DNA of 63,323 bases, counting the filler, from Lenisia limosa (Eukaryota > Protista > Breviatea): assembly GCA_001655205.1 (NCBI GenBank). It is 16 parts of 16 records of this genome, joined end to end, with 100 filler letters (N's around TTAATTAATTAA, not from the genome) between each part and the next. Parts side by side here need not be neighbours in the genome. Positions count along the whole stretch, not along the records: positions 1 to 7,984 come from LPNZ01009481.1; positions 8,085 to 10,620 come from LPNZ01009081.1; positions 10,721 to 18,658 come from LPNZ01001657.1; 13 more parts are not named here. One strand, written 5' to 3'. Position numbers and translations under genes: made by a program. Shown piece after piece: positions 1 to 12,376 of the stretch; position 1 is the first letter of the stretch, and every line of letters starts with the position of its first letter. The notes under the pieces were generated by a model that saw only the letters and a list, made by a program, of their open reading frames with translations, was not told the DNA's origin and searched no databases.

Positions 1-125
1 ACGCCGCTTATTTTTCTTCATTGATTTTCTGAAATCATTATAAAAGAGGTGCCCCCCCTATAGCACAGCACCCAAGCCCCCCCAGAGCTAAGGCTGCCCA
101 GAGAACCCCCTTTCCCCCTCACAAG

Positions 126-3100
126 ATGGACACAGCGTTTGATGCCATGGCCGAATTCCTTTCACCTTTATCCGTGTATGTGGGGGATTAATACTCCATG
201 TTGGAGATTCCTTTCATTCGGGGAATATTGGGGAATATGCCTGATATTCGCGCGTCCCTGTCCAGCACCTGAGTGTCAATAATATAACATTACTTACCTC
301 AATGATTATGGCTATTCCTATCACCTTTGTCGGATTTGAGGAATTTACACTCCATGTTGGGAGATTCCTTTCTTGTGTACTCGGGGAATATGCCTGACTT
401 TCCCTCACCCCTGTCCATTATCTCTCCTTTATATACCTGACTTTCCCTCACCCCTCTCCATTATATCGCCTTTTTCCGTTTATTTCGTAATTTTACTTGG
501 ATGTAAAAATATTGTATAACCATGATCAGAATTCTGATAACCTTTGTTGGCATATTTGGATTAATATGAGACGGGTAGGGCTTCATACAGGTACGAAAAA
601 GATCGCTCAACTGTCGAAATAGTATATCGATGGTTTATCGATCTTTGTGAAGCCCTAGGTATGAGACAACTTATCACTGATGGACAACATATCATGGATA
701 TGGGTAGGGCTTTACCGGTAAGAAAAAGATCGCTAAACTATCGAAATTGTGCAGTCTGATCCTGAGATCTCCAATTGACATTAACAGGTTAGTTACACCA
801 GATAATGTCTATGCTGCCACAACCCCTTTTTGGGTGTCTTCCTTCCCAGCTTTTTTGTAAGAGGGGGGGTGGTATATCTTCTTATTTCCATGTGGGAGCC
901 TTCTTATTTTGAAATAACGGGTGGCTGTTTTGGTTACTCCAATTTTTACCCCCCCCCCCCCCNNNNNNNNNNNNNNNNNNNNNNNNNNNNNNNNNNNNNN
1001 NNNNNNNNNNNNNNNNNNNNNNNNNNNNNNNNNNNNNNNNNNNNNNNNNNNNNNNNNNNNNNNNNNTCTGTTTTGACCTTTTACGGCTATTCTCGAAATC
1101 ACCTCTCTGAATCAGGAGCAATCTCTGCCTGGGTAGGGGGTCCTTTGGTGTTCATATTGGATCCTGTGTTACTTAGTTCAAATCAGTCAGCTTAATGTTA
1201 TACTAAATTCAAATCAATCAGCTGTATTTAGTTCAAATATGAGCTTTTTATTTTACCTGCAATAAGAAATAATCCTTCCAGATAGTAGGGTTCCTGACTA
1301 CCCTTTCTGGAGTTCCCTTTTTCGCCATTCTGCTGGTCTTCTTCATGTCTTCATCAATATTCTCCAAAGTGGGGGGGGGGGCGGTATCATTAATACTTCT
1401 CATTTCAACATCTGTATCATATGATATTATATTTTGGGCAATTATTTTCTGATAATATATTGTGTAGGAGATTAACTTTTTTGACAAGAGGAAGAATGTA
1501 TTATATCATTTATCATATACTATATATACATATTACATTAGAAATCTAGGGAACAAATAAATACATATCATATATGATGTGTAGAAAAAAAGCAATGAGA
1601 AATAAAATTAAGATGTATCTGGCCGAAGCCGTCCACACCACACTTATAAGAGATATTGGATTATAGTATAATATTAAATCACCCAAACATTTGCCTTACA
1701 ACTCTNNNNNNNNNNNNNNNNNNNNNNNNNNNNNNNNNNNNNNNNNNNNNNNNNNNNNNNNCTGCGTGCCTCCCCAACATGGGATACCATAAACAAATCA
1801 CCATACTCTTGCGCCCACACTCCTTGGCAGTAACTTACGATCAAGCTTGGCCTGACCAAACATGCCAAGGACCCTGAAAAAGGTTGGGGGATCCATATAG
1901 CTATATAGTATTAGGCTACTAAGAGATATTGGATGAAATATTGAGAGATGAGAAATAAAACAAGGATTATAGTATTAGTTCACCCCAACCAATTACTTGA
2001 AAAACTAGTGCACTCTGCTTTCTGTGTGCCTCCGCGGCATACTAATTCACCCGTTACCATCACATAATACAATGCTGCGGCTTTGGTTTGATGCCGTGGT
2101 TTTGATGCTTCGGTTTTTGATGCTGCAGTTTTGACTTTGTAGACAGCCGACGGACAATGAAAAACGTTCTTGCAAACGGATTTGTTCCTACATTGATCGC
2201 CGTGATCTGGAAAGCAGGAGGCACCATTGGGACTTACCCGGTCGATATGAACAGATTTCCAGTGCAGTCCTATCTCTTTCTNNNNNNNNNNNNNNNNNNN
2301 NNNNNNNNNNNNNNNNNNNNNNNNNNNNNNNNNNNNNNNNNNNNNNNNNNNNNNNNNNNNNNNNNNNNNNNNNNNNNNNNNNNNNTGAAGCTGTTCAAAT
2401 ATCATCATATCAACTTATTTGCATGAGAACTGTGTACACACTGCTTTTTCTCAGACCCCGCAATTTATACAGTGACCGGAATATGTTTTGACCGATTTGC
2501 TATGATTTTCCAAGAAAAATCGGTCAAGACTTATCCTGGTCACTGTACGTATAGCTATCCTTACACGCCCACCCCTTAATCTACACGTACCCCCATCTCT
2601 CTCCCCCACCCTTCCTTTATAAAACAAATTAAGTTGCAAGATGGAGTGTAAATGAGAAATAAGAAATAAGGTTGTATCTGGCCGAAGCAGCCCTTTATAT
2701 CTGGGCTTTGTTTGTTTTGTTGTTANNNNNNNNNNNNNNNNNNNNNNNNNNNNNNNNNNNNNNNNNNNNNNNATTTCATAAATTTTCCCATTTTACTCCC
2801 CTCAGGGCGTATTGCGCAGCATGTGGCGATACGTGGGCGTCGGAAGTTGGTGTATCTGACCCCTATAGCCCCCGCCTGGTCACAACCTGGAAAAAAGTGT
2901 GTTATATTTTTTTCGCAGTAGCCTTACTTTTTTCAACTGCCCCCTCATCCTTTTTTGCGTAGGAAGTAATCAGTAACCCATTTTCACCTCCGTTCACCCT
3001 GGACTTTTGTTGTTTTGTGTGTGCTGTCAACAGAGTTGATTTTGTCCTTTTTGTTTTGTTTCTTAAAGTGCCCAATTTCACCCCCTTTACCCTCCAGGTA

Positions 3101-4392
3101 CCGAAGGGCACCAACGGTGGCATGTCGGTTCTTGGTACTACAATGTCGCTGATGGGCGGCCTGTTTATTGGACTAGTAGCGTGGATTTCTATTCTTGGTA
3201 TGGGGTAATTTTGCTTAGATATTAGTAAGAAGGATAAAAAAACAAAGGAAACAGAAGAGAAGCAACCAAGTATTTATCTGCACCACGCATCTAACTTTTT
3301 AGCGAGTACTCCCGGAGCCATTTTAGAGGACGCTGCATCTCAATGGCCTTTAGTTATCATTGGGTGGGTTGGACTATAATATACTCGAAGTGATTTGGTG
3401 GGTTGGGCTATAATAATCCAATATCTCTCAGTGGTATGGACGGCTTCGGTCAGAAACAACCTTGTTTTATTTCTCATCTCTATAAGTAATCTTCGGGTGG
3501 AATATTACAAAAGATAGAATCAAACGAGAACTTAGGGATTTTTTGACCCTTTTTGTCTAATTTTGCTTCATGGTTGCACATGATATCTCTCAAGCGGGAA
3601 GAAATTTCTTTTTGAAAAAATTCTCTCTGAGGGGCTATCTTATGTTCTCAAACGTGGCATAGACGTTTTGAGCAATGTTTTCAGAACTGAATAGCAAGGT
3701 TTGGGAACCCGTTTTAGGAGTAACCGTCCACCCGCCACATTATTTCCAACCATACACACACACACACACAATAACCCTCCCAAGTTCGCTCCTCAGTCTC
3801 AGATGAATACAGGGGAATGGATTTCTGTATTTTTTACGTATTTCTTGCTGCCTCAGTACTAACCCTATTAGCGGAATAGCCGGGCTTGTTGGCTCGTTCA
3901 TTGACTCGATTTTGGGTGCGACACTGCAGTGGGTGGGAAATGAATACAAATCTGAAGGTCCATGGATATGGTATTCAGTGCTTCACTTCGGAGAAGCGAC
4001 TGGCTTGAGCTTTGGTTGTTTTGTTGTTCTCGTGTGTTAACAAACAGAGTTATTGTTTTTTTTTTGTATATTCCCAATTTGACCCCCTATATATATGATA
4101 TTCCCAATTTTACCCCCAAGATACTCGTGTTATGAGGCCGACAACGAGACGGAGTGGCAGGACAGCGACGACGTGGTAGTGTTTGAAGAGCCCGGCCCGG
4201 GTAGACGGCATATTTCAGGTGTCCAGCTCCTCAGCAACCATCAGGTACCTTGGGGGGAGGGGGTAAGAAGACACACATAAACAAAGTCACAATCCAAACA
4301 AGTCCCGTTCTAATTTCCAGGTAAACTTCTGTGCGATTCTTTTGACAGCAGCCCTGACTGGGGCCTTTGGGTTCGACGTTTTCTCCTACTAA
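126..4392 (+). CDS. TMEM19: TMEM19/DUF92 family membrane protein, about 10 exons, some partly in N gaps
   Basis: GT-AG exons translate to GYSRNHLSESGAISAW, KNVLANGFVPTLIA, AACGDTWASEVG..PRLVTTWKK|VPKGTNGGMS, GLVGSFIDSILGATLQ and LLSNHQ|VNFCAILL..FSY*, matching TMEM19 motifs. The ATG at 126 is inferred. Confidence 0.88.
576..657. mobile_element. Family A MITE (TAGGGCTTCA...TGAAGCCCTA); partial second copy at 705-750
   Basis: Terminal inverted repeats are visible, with the same core as about 19 other copies. Confidence 0.75.
1248..1487 (-). pseudogene. Possible LTR-retrotransposon pol 3' remnant inside a TMEM19 intron
   Basis: The ORF ends ERVVRNPTIWKDY, resembling the RRSxRxRxPPxWLxDY tail of LTR-element polyproteins. 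No catalytic motif is seen. Confidence 0.25.
1595..1668 (-). mobile_element. Family B dispersed repeat (~75 nt, GGC-TTCG-GCC hairpin)
   Basis: The reverse complement reads TACTATAATCCAATATCTCTTATAAGTGTGGTGTGGACGGCTTCGGCCAGATAC..TTTATTTCTCAT. At least 12 homologues occur in the window. Confidence 0.8.
2470..2545. mobile_element. Family C Tc1/mariner-type MITE
   Basis: TA|CAGTGACCGG...CTGGTCACTG|TA: a near-perfect palindrome with TA flanks. Confidence 0.8.
2701..2805 (+). mobile_element. Family D element forming the 3' end of a TMEM19 intron
   Basis: CTGGGCTTTGTTTGTTTTGTTG..(N)..TTTCATAAATTTTCCCATTTTACTCCCCTCAG, then the exon. Confidence 0.7.
2999..3097 (+). mobile_element. Family D element forming the 3' end of a TMEM19 intron
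   Basis: CTGGACTTTTGTTG..CAACAGAGTTGATTTT..CCCAATTTCACCCCC..CCAG, then exon VPKGTNGG. Confidence 0.75.
3408..3480 (+). mobile_element. Family B repeat
   Basis: CTATAATAATCCAATATCTCTC..GGACGGCTTCGGTCAGAAACAACCTTGTTTTATTTCTCATCTC. Confidence 0.8.
3991..4120 (+). mobile_element. Family D element ending at the intron AG
   Basis: GAGAAGCGACTGGCTTGAGC..AACAGAGTTATT..CCCAATTTTACCCCCAAG, then exon YSCYEAD. Confidence 0.75.
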
Positions 4393-4907
4393 TTAAATCA
4401 CAAGGTGTGTTTCTACTTTTTGGTTTTCTGTTTTTTTTTGGTTGTGATTTTGAATTTTGTTAATTTACACATATTTATTTTTGTTTTCCAAAAATTGAAT
4501 TTATGACCTCTGATAAAGCGTGTGTGGGCCAGATACATAGTAATATGGCACAGGGTCCACTGTTTTGATACTTGACAAGATCAAGTTCAATGACTTATCG
4601 CGGTCAGTTTATTTTGCTGTCTTTGTGAACACCTTTTTATTTCACTTTGGACCCCTCAATAGCTCAAAAAGTTAAGAATAATATGAAGCAAATGTTGTTA
4701 CAAATAACAATGTTTATCAAGTACGACCAGTAATTTATATTGACAGAAGAGCATATTGCAAAACCGCCATTGAAAATTCTGTGAAAAGGTAAAAAGATGA
4801 CGTCATCACAACTCTTTGTTCAAGAACGAAGAATATATAACTCACCGCCAAACTAAATTGGTAGTAACCGCTCTAACACTATATATTACCATACACCATA
4901 GAATGGC

Positions 4908-7862
4908 TTAAAGAAGCCCCAGACTCTCCATTGTTAACGAAGTCAATCCGCCGACGCCGAAGATCACGCCGAAGAAAATCATGCAGTATGGCACGAAATG
5001 GCCCTTCTTCGGGAAGATTCGGATGTCTGGGGGGGGGGGAGNNNNNNNNNNNNNNNNNNNNNNNNNNNNNNNNNNNNNNNNNNNNNNNNNNNNNNNNNNN
5101 NNNNNNNNNNNNNNNNNNNNNNNNNNNNNNNNNNNNNNNNNNNNNNNNNNNNNNNNNNNNNNNNNNNNNNNNNNNNNNNNNNNNNACGCTAAAACTTGAC
5201 AAAAGCCAGATGACAAGAACACAAAACAAAAACAAGCCCGAGCCAGCCTTTGAAGAGTTCCACCACCGCTCGATCACCCAAACGTACCTTTAAGGCGTTA
5301 AAAAGTCAGGGAAATGTTTTTTTAAAAAAAATCCGACTTATTAACGGTCACAAGTCAAAGGTTACTTTAAAAAAATATTAAGCTGAGGGAAATATTAGCA
5401 CTAGGCTTCGAAAAAGCACCCCAAGTTAATCTTTGAACCTAGATATTGTGACAAACTTGGAGCATCAAGTAAAACTGGTAAATTTATGAAACAAAAACAA
5501 AACAAAACAAAAAAAACAAAAAAAAAAAAGTAANNNNNNNNNNNNNNNNNNNNNNNNNNNNNNNNNNNNNNNNNNNNNNNNNNNNNNNNNNNNNNNNNNN
5601 NNNNNNNNNNNNNNNNNNNNNNNNNNNNNNNNNNNNNNNNNNNNNNNNNNNNNNNNNNNNNNNNNNNNNNNNNNNNNNNNNNNNNNNNNNNNNNNNCGGA
5701 TATCTGGGAGTGAGATGGTTGGAAAGGATGTGATACGAATTTAGAGTGAAAACCACAGAAGATACTCCTCCCACTCCATCTTTGTGTACAGTCAGCCGCC
5801 GGATCTCTATGATCCTAGTTTCAATCGAGACTTTACTGCAAAAAAACACTCCACAGAAAATTGCCCTAAACAAGATAGTCCCCCCCCCCCCCCCNNNNNN
5901 NNNNNNNNNNNNNNNNNNNNNNNNNNNNNNNNNNNNNNNNNNNNNNNNNNNNNNNNNNNNNNNNNNNNNNNNNNNNNNNNNNNNNNNNNNNNNNNNNNNN
6001 NNNNNNNNNNNNNNNNNNNNNNNNNNNNNNNNNNNNNNNNNNNNNNNNNNNNNNNNNNNNNNNNNNNNNNNNNNNNNNNNNNNGTCAGTACTGTTTCAAC
6101 GTCTTTCGCGAAGTATGCAATTAACTGCCAGAGTAAAATTGACACGAGCGGGGAGGGGGGTGAATTGGAAAATTAAAACAAAACCTCACCGAGCAGAAGG
6201 CGACACCAAAGAACGTAATGAAGAAGCTCCGGGTTTTGGAGGAGTATGCTGTGGGACTGTAGCGCTTGCAGAACAGAAGCTCAATCTGGGGGGAGGGGGG
6301 TAAAATTGAAAAATTAATGAAACAAAAAAAGCCCAAAAAATCAACTCGGCTGACAAAACACAAGGGTTGATAACAACAAAACAANNNNNNNNNNNNNNNN
6401 NNNNNNNNNNNNNNNNNNNNNNNNNNNNNNNNNNNNNNNNNCAGTAGACCAAAGTAATCTGACTTACCTCCGAAAAAAAATGGTCAAAACTTAATACGGG
6501 GGTGTATACTGGGAGGTAGAGGGGCTATTGCCAAAAAGAAAGCATTCTTCCAACATTTCTTTACCTCATCACAATACGTCATTTTTAAGGCTTCCCAAAG
6601 GACCGAAAAAGACTGTCAAAATATTGAGATTTATCGAAGATTTTTCGAGAAGTCTTTTTTGGGCTGCTCCCCCCCCCCCCCNNNNNNNNNNNNNNNNNNN
6701 NNNNNNNNNNNNNNNNNNNNNNNNNNNNNNNNNNNNNNNNNNNNNAGAGGACAGTAACGGTCATGCCAAGTCGGGCCACAAGAATGAGAACGTCATCGGC
6801 ATCGTAGTTGTTGGCAAGGTTGCCTACAGTGTCAACAGGAAATACGGAGTGATTTGTCAGTATAAAAGATGAACCATAGTTGATAGTCAAGGGCTTCCCT
6901 ATGGTCCGAAAAAGACAAATATCGGTATTTATCGAAGAAAAATACCCCTAAAAGCGTCAAGACATTGGCGACTCAGACCAGATAGGTCATATTTGCATTT
7001 TTTTATGTGGGTAGAGAAATAAAAAAGGTGAAGTCGTTCACATCATCACACTAATAAGAGAGTGTAATATGGGCACAGAATCACGCTTATAAGAGAGCAA
7101 CATTGACACAGAATCACACTTATAAGAGAGTGTAATATGGGTGTTACACTGAAACCCTTGTCATACCCTCAGTTTCAACACCAAATGAAAGGTAACCAAC
7201 AAGAGCAGTTCCCTAAACAGTTAACGCGGGTGTTAGCCAAGGTGGGTGTAAAATTGGAAAATTTGTAAGAAAGAAAAAAAAAACTCTAACCAACTCTGTT
7301 GGCTGATAACACACAAGCGTTGATAACAACAAAACAAANNNNNNNNNNNNNNNNNNNNNNNNNNNNNNNNNNNNNNNNNNNNNNNNNNNNNNNNNNNNNN
7401 NNNNNNNNNNNNNNNNNNNNNNNNNNNNNAGTAAAATTGGAAGTGAAATAGAAAAGATAAAAAAAAAGAGGGGGGGGGTAAATTTATGAAACGAAAAGCC
7501 CGGTGGTTAAACTATTTAGAAAAACGCAAGGGTTTCAACTAACACAATATACAAAGATCAGGCTAGTCCCACAATCTAGTTTTTAATAAGAATTATTAAT
7601 AAATAAAAAAAACATGTAATTGATGCAACAGAATGAATCCCCAACATCACCATCCCAATGGCGCACCCATCATCCATCATACTAAGTAGATAAGAGCACA
7701 GAGGAAGAGAGACAAGTAAGAGACGCCCATCATCATCTTAGCCGTCCTCTTGGCGAGGGTTTCGTAGAGCTGGAGGGCGTTGAAATGGCACACGAATGCC
7801 ACGCCGATGATGGGGAAGGACTGGAGGAGCTTGATCGAGGGGTTGATGACCCAATCAACTTT
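4908..7862 (-). CDS. SLC38/AVT (AAAP) amino-acid transporter, 3' part, multi-exon
   Basis: Exons read SFPIIGVAFVCHFNALQLYETL, GYLSFGVETE|GNLANNYDADDVLILVARLGM, FFITFFGVAFCS|LIAYFAKDVETVL and CMIFFGVIFGVGGL..LL*. Confidence 0.85.
6286..6383 (-). mobile_element. Family D element ending at the intron AG of the transporter gene
   Basis: The reverse complement reads TTGTTATCAACCCTTGTGTTTTGTCAGCCGAGTTGATTTTTTGGGC..AATTTTACCCCCCTCCCCCCAG, then exon IELLFCK. Confidence 0.8.
7240..7560 (-). mobile_element. Two family D copies in one intron, separated by an N gap
   Basis: One copy has the CAGCCAACAGAGTTG core and AAATTTTCCAATTTTAC tail. The other is a more diverged copy with a CATAAATTTACCCCCCC tail. 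Confidence 0.65.
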
Positions 7863-8028
7863 GTTCTAAACTGTGAGAGCCGTCTCAATGTGTCAGTAAA
7901 TTTAAGCACATTTCCTCTAGTCGTAATCGGACTGCTTCTTCGGTCATATGAAACTAGATGATATTTTGGAAGCTCTAACATGAANNNNNNNNNNNNNNNN
8001 NNNNNNNNNNNNNNNNNNNNNNNNNNNN

Positions 8029-8040
8029 TTAATTAATTAA
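8029..8040. other. Artificial contig linker TTAATTAATTAA (also at 10665, 18703, 21848, 26126, 28221, 37660, 38889, 40314, 44528, 49865, 53442, 56650, 57849, 60408)
   Basis: An identical 12-mer with stops in all six frames, flanked by about 44 N on each side. Confidence 0.97.
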
Positions 8041-8091
8041 NNNNNNNNNNNNNNNNNNNNNNNNNNNNNNNNNNNNNNNNNNNNTCAACAG

Positions 8092-10460
8092 ACTAAGCTT
8101 TTCGGGGAGTACGAGAATACGTCCATTCTTGTTGCTGATGAGGAGATGGATTGTCACAATAAGGACTATGTGGTGAGTGACTATCAAAGTTGATTTGGGC
8201 CTCTTTGTTTTTTGTTTTTTTTCCCCAATTAATTTTTCTCTCAGAGTTGATTTTGGGCCTTTTTTTTGTTTCATAGATTTTCCAACGCCAATATTTTCTT
8301 CATCGAAATTTTCTTCGTTTTACNNNNNNNNNNNNNNNNNNNNNNNNNNNNNNNNNNNNNNNNNNNNNNNNNNNNNNNNNNNNNNNNNNNNNNNNNNNNN
8401 NNNNNNNNNNNNNNNNNNNNNNNNNNNNNNNNNNNNNNNNNNNNNNNNNNNNNNNNNNNNNNNNNNNNNNNNNNNNGTTAAAATATCAATATTTATCGAG
8501 GATTTATCGAGAAATGCAGTATTTTTTGGGACCGTAGGGAAGCCCTACTCATCTCTACATATATGATATAAGGAGGATTTTGAAAACAGGTCGGATCCTC
8601 AACAAGTTAGTTACCTGTTTTGTCATACCAACTGCGTAAAAATGTCCAAACTATCGTCACTACAAAGAGAACCCAGTCGTTATGATGAAGCAAAAAAAGA
8701 TGTTCGATGACTGTTCTATCGGCTGACGTAAGAGTGTTCTCAGCTGATTGGATGTCGGTAATGTTGTGGGTGGATTGAGGTCCCAAATAAAGCCTCTGGG
8801 CATAGGCACTGTAGTTGCTAATCCCCCCAGAATGGAGCTGATGAATCCGGGTAGTAGCAAGATCACTTCTTGAAACATTGTTGAGGAGAGCGTTTTGAAG
8901 TCGTTAAGACGATTCTGAAGGTCATCGGCAAGGACCAGGTTTACGAAAGTGATGCCTCAAAATTTATAGAATTATGAGAATTTAATGCGAAACAATTGCT
9001 TCACTTCAATGTCACCAGAAGAAATGCGAGACAGTAACCAAACCTCATCATACGCGATAAATGTGGCTGGAAGGTTCCACTGTCGTTCTGGGATTCTCCA
9101 CGCACTGGGAAGACACACCCATAACTGCCGTAATTGTGGTGTTTGCCTCAAAAGAAGGACATGCATACCATTAATGAGTGCTTGATAAAAGAGTTACCAA
9201 TTCCTACCGTCCTTTTGAAAAATAAAAATCAAACGCGGTTACGCTGCGTGGTGCGGCAAGACTTAGCAAACCCCCAGTTCTCCTTTTCAGGGGAAGAGAC
9301 AGAAGCTACGCGCCACAAATAACAATGCGACCAAATTAATCTGATTACCGTTTGCATAATCCACCGTAGACTGTCAAAGATATCATTTCTCAATTTGCTT
9401 CAGACATTTTCCACTCTTTTTTTTACAACCATTTTTATGTTTGTCCAGATAGTTGTTGTCACCCCCCCCCCTAACCCTCGTATATTGCTAACCAACAGAG
9501 TTGATTTCTGGTTTATTNNNNNNNNNNNNNNNNNNNNNNNNNNNNNNNNNNNNNNNNNNNNNNNNNNNNNNNNNNNNNNNNNNNNNNNNNNNNNNNNNNN
9601 NNNNNNNNNNNNNNNNNCAGGAGACGCGGATATTTGTTATCACGTCGTTGCAAGTTCTGAAGTCTCTTTCGAGGGGTGGCAAGGCCTTTAGACAGCTCGT
9701 GTCTGCGGTTCTGCCTAGTATGATGCCCCTTGTGCTTCGCATGATGCAGGTTAGGTTTGGAATTATAGGTATGTGTATGATTCAGATGAGAGGTTGGAAT
9801 TAAAGGTGTGGGTCTGAGTGGGATTTGAGTATGTTTAGTGTAGGGGGGCTAACAAGGTATCATTTTTGCTTCCTTCGTGTAATTTAGGAGGGTATTTGGA
9901 TGATGCAGAATGGGGGGAGTATTCGACATTATTGAAACAAACATTTCAGACACTTTGATTTATTTTTGCCATTTGCTGCCGTGAAAGTATAACACAGAAC
10001 AGCATTGTATGGAGTGTTTGCACATTTTTCACGACAGCAAATGCAGGATTATCGAGCTGGACGCCCCCTGTTAACAAACTCCAGCTCTGTTGCGATGAAA
10101 TCGAGTCCGTCTCAGAAGAACCTAATCTCTTCCTGTCGCACGAGGACAACTACAATGTAACCGTCCGCGTTGAAGCTGCTAACTTCCTAGATGTTTGAGG
10201 GGTGTGAGCGGAGAGGAAATGGGAGTGTAATGGATTTGAGTTTTGCCTCAACTCTCATGTGTTNNNNNNNNNNNNNNNNNNNNNNNNNNNNNNNNNNNNN
10301 NNNNNNNNNNNNNNNNNNNNNNNNNNNNNNNNNNNNNNNNNNNNNNNNNNNNNNNNNNNNNNNNNNNNNNNNNNNNNNNNNNNNNNNNNNNNNNNNNNNN
10401 NNNNNNNNNNNNNNNNNNNTCCGATTGTCCTCAATAGCTTCAAGTCTTGTGTCGAGACAG
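8092..10460 (+). CDS. Unidentified multi-exon gene fragment, possibly HEAT/ARM-helical
   Basis: AG/GT-bounded open exons TKLFGEYENTSILVADEEMDCHNKDYV, ETRIFVITSLQVLKSLSRGG..LVLRMMQ and EPNLFLSHEDNYNVTVRVEAANFLD. The family is not recognised. Confidence 0.4.
8184..8323 (+). mobile_element. Family D element with a duplicated core
   Basis: AAAGTTGATTTGGGCC..TCAGAGTTGATTTTGGGCCTTTTTTTGTTTCATAGATTTTCCAA. Confidence 0.7.
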
Positions 10461-11390
10461 CTTCCGAGTTTACGTGGGTTTGTCAGTCTGTGTAAACTAT
10501 GGACATGATGTGGACGATTTGGGCCAGATTTACTATACTATATTATATATGATATGCATGTATATATATATAGTCAAAATGCGGATCACTGGACAAAATG
10601 CGGATCAGTGGACAAAATGCNNNNNNNNNNNNNNNNNNNNNNNNNNNNNNNNNNNNNNNNNNNNTTAATTAATTAANNNNNNNNNNNNNNNNNNNNNNNN
10701 NNNNNNNNNNNNNNNNNNNNCCAAAAAGCACCGGTTTTTGTTGACGGGGATATATATATATATGATATGATCATATATTAGTATATCATATCTACAAGAG
10801 CTCCGGGCAATTAATATTAATAAATGTATTATTTTTTTTCATCATAAATATTAATTAATATTATATATCATATAGCAACTATATGATATGTATTATTTTT
10901 GTTCATCGTAAATATTAATATTTTATTGATGTACATGTATAATATGTATAATATATGATTATATATCATACTATAATACAATCATATGTATTATTACTAT
11001 ATTTATTGTGTTCGTTGATTTTGTAAGAACAATTTTTTTATAAATGTGTTTTATTCTGTTGATTTTATTTTTCTTCCGGTTTCCGTTTTTTTTTTTGTTT
11101 CTAACATTATTAGTATTATTTTTTTTATTTATGCTCCTTTTATTATTAATATATTATTTTATTAATATTTTTATCAATACTATTATATGATAAATAGGTT
11201 ATAGTTCAAAAACCTTATTAGGTCGAAGGACAAAAAGAACCGTAAACGAGCAATAAACGAGTGTAACTTGCGTGATTAATGTAATTATTATTGAGATGAG
11301 AGAACAACAATTATGATTTCAAAATGACCAAAATTTTAGTTAAAATATGTACCCGTCATTAATAATTTGCTTGATATGTTATATGTGTAG

Positions 11391-11571
11391 ATTCCCTTCA
11401 GGGGAGCCAGTGGTTGTCAGAATGTGTGACCGTGGTGTTCTGACGGATAAGAGGTGGTCAATGATGTCTTTTTATAAATCCTCTAGGTCTGACTGTGGTG
11501 CAATGGAATTGTATGGAGCTGTGTATGTGAAGAATGACCCTTTCCACATTGCTCAAACATTGTTCTCCTAG
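11391..11571 (+). CDS. Last two exons of an unidentified gene
   Basis: FPSGEPVVVRMCDRGVLTDKR, a ~33-nt GT-AG intron, then SDCGAMELYGAVYVKNDPFHIAQTLFS*. Confidence 0.45.
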
Positions 11572-12376
11572 TTTCATCTCTTCTTCTTCTTTTTTTTTTT
11601 TGTTATTAATAATATATTTCAACATTGAAGGTGATACATAAAATTGAAGTACACTGACCAGCGAGTTGAAGCAGAGAAACTAAGAGGGGAGCTCCGCATC
11701 AAATTTAGAAAATCCTTATTTACATTAGAAAATATAGGGGGAAAATACATAGAGGTTCTTTGAAAAACAAAAAATGCAACGAGGAAACAAGGTTTTTTAA
11801 ATAAGAGGGTTTTGGGATCGGTCAGTGCGGGTTCGAGTTTCCCTGCGGCAGTTTTTTTTTCTTCGTATTCTTTTATTTCAGTGGACAATATCTGTGACAC
11901 GTCTGTGACCTGGCGTATTGTCACTGTTCTTATATTTTGGTTCGATTTTTGGTCCTAGGTCGCTTGGAAAGACACACTAGACAGAGACTCTGACTGACAA
12001 TGAAATTCTTCCCTAGAGTACCAGGTTTTATACTCCCAATTCCGGCATCCCAATCGTGTAACTTCCAGAATTTTCGGGAACCCCATTATACCGCCTGGCC
12101 CTTTTTCGTCTCCCATCTCCCACGCATCTCCAATCTTCCTTGCAATTGATAGAAAGAACCAGTTGAAAAAAAATATATCATAATACATCGAAATACCAGT
12201 TGATATTAATTTACCCCCCCTTCAGCATCAATTTTTAAGAATTTTACACTATTATATGTTTGGGAGTATATTACTTTTGCATGTTTGTCTTTAAGATTTC
12301 AATTATTTATAAGAAGAGATTGGTCAGTTTTTTGAGGTGATGATAGTTCTAATACTTTAGATTGTGAATTGACATA

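Noticed and set aside
4931-5293. Arg-rich plus-strand ORF, and other listed ORFs spanning X runs
   Set aside because: These are antisense shadows of real exons, or are open only because N gaps hide stops.
8985-9185. FYVE-like zinc finger (HNCRNCG)
   Set aside because: It lacks the WxxD and RRHHCR context and the remaining Cys pairs, and lies in an alternative frame of a decayed region.
11619-12188. Small minus-strand gene upstream of NHE
   Set aside because: Open stretches exist, but I found no consistent splice model or homology, so it was left unannotated.
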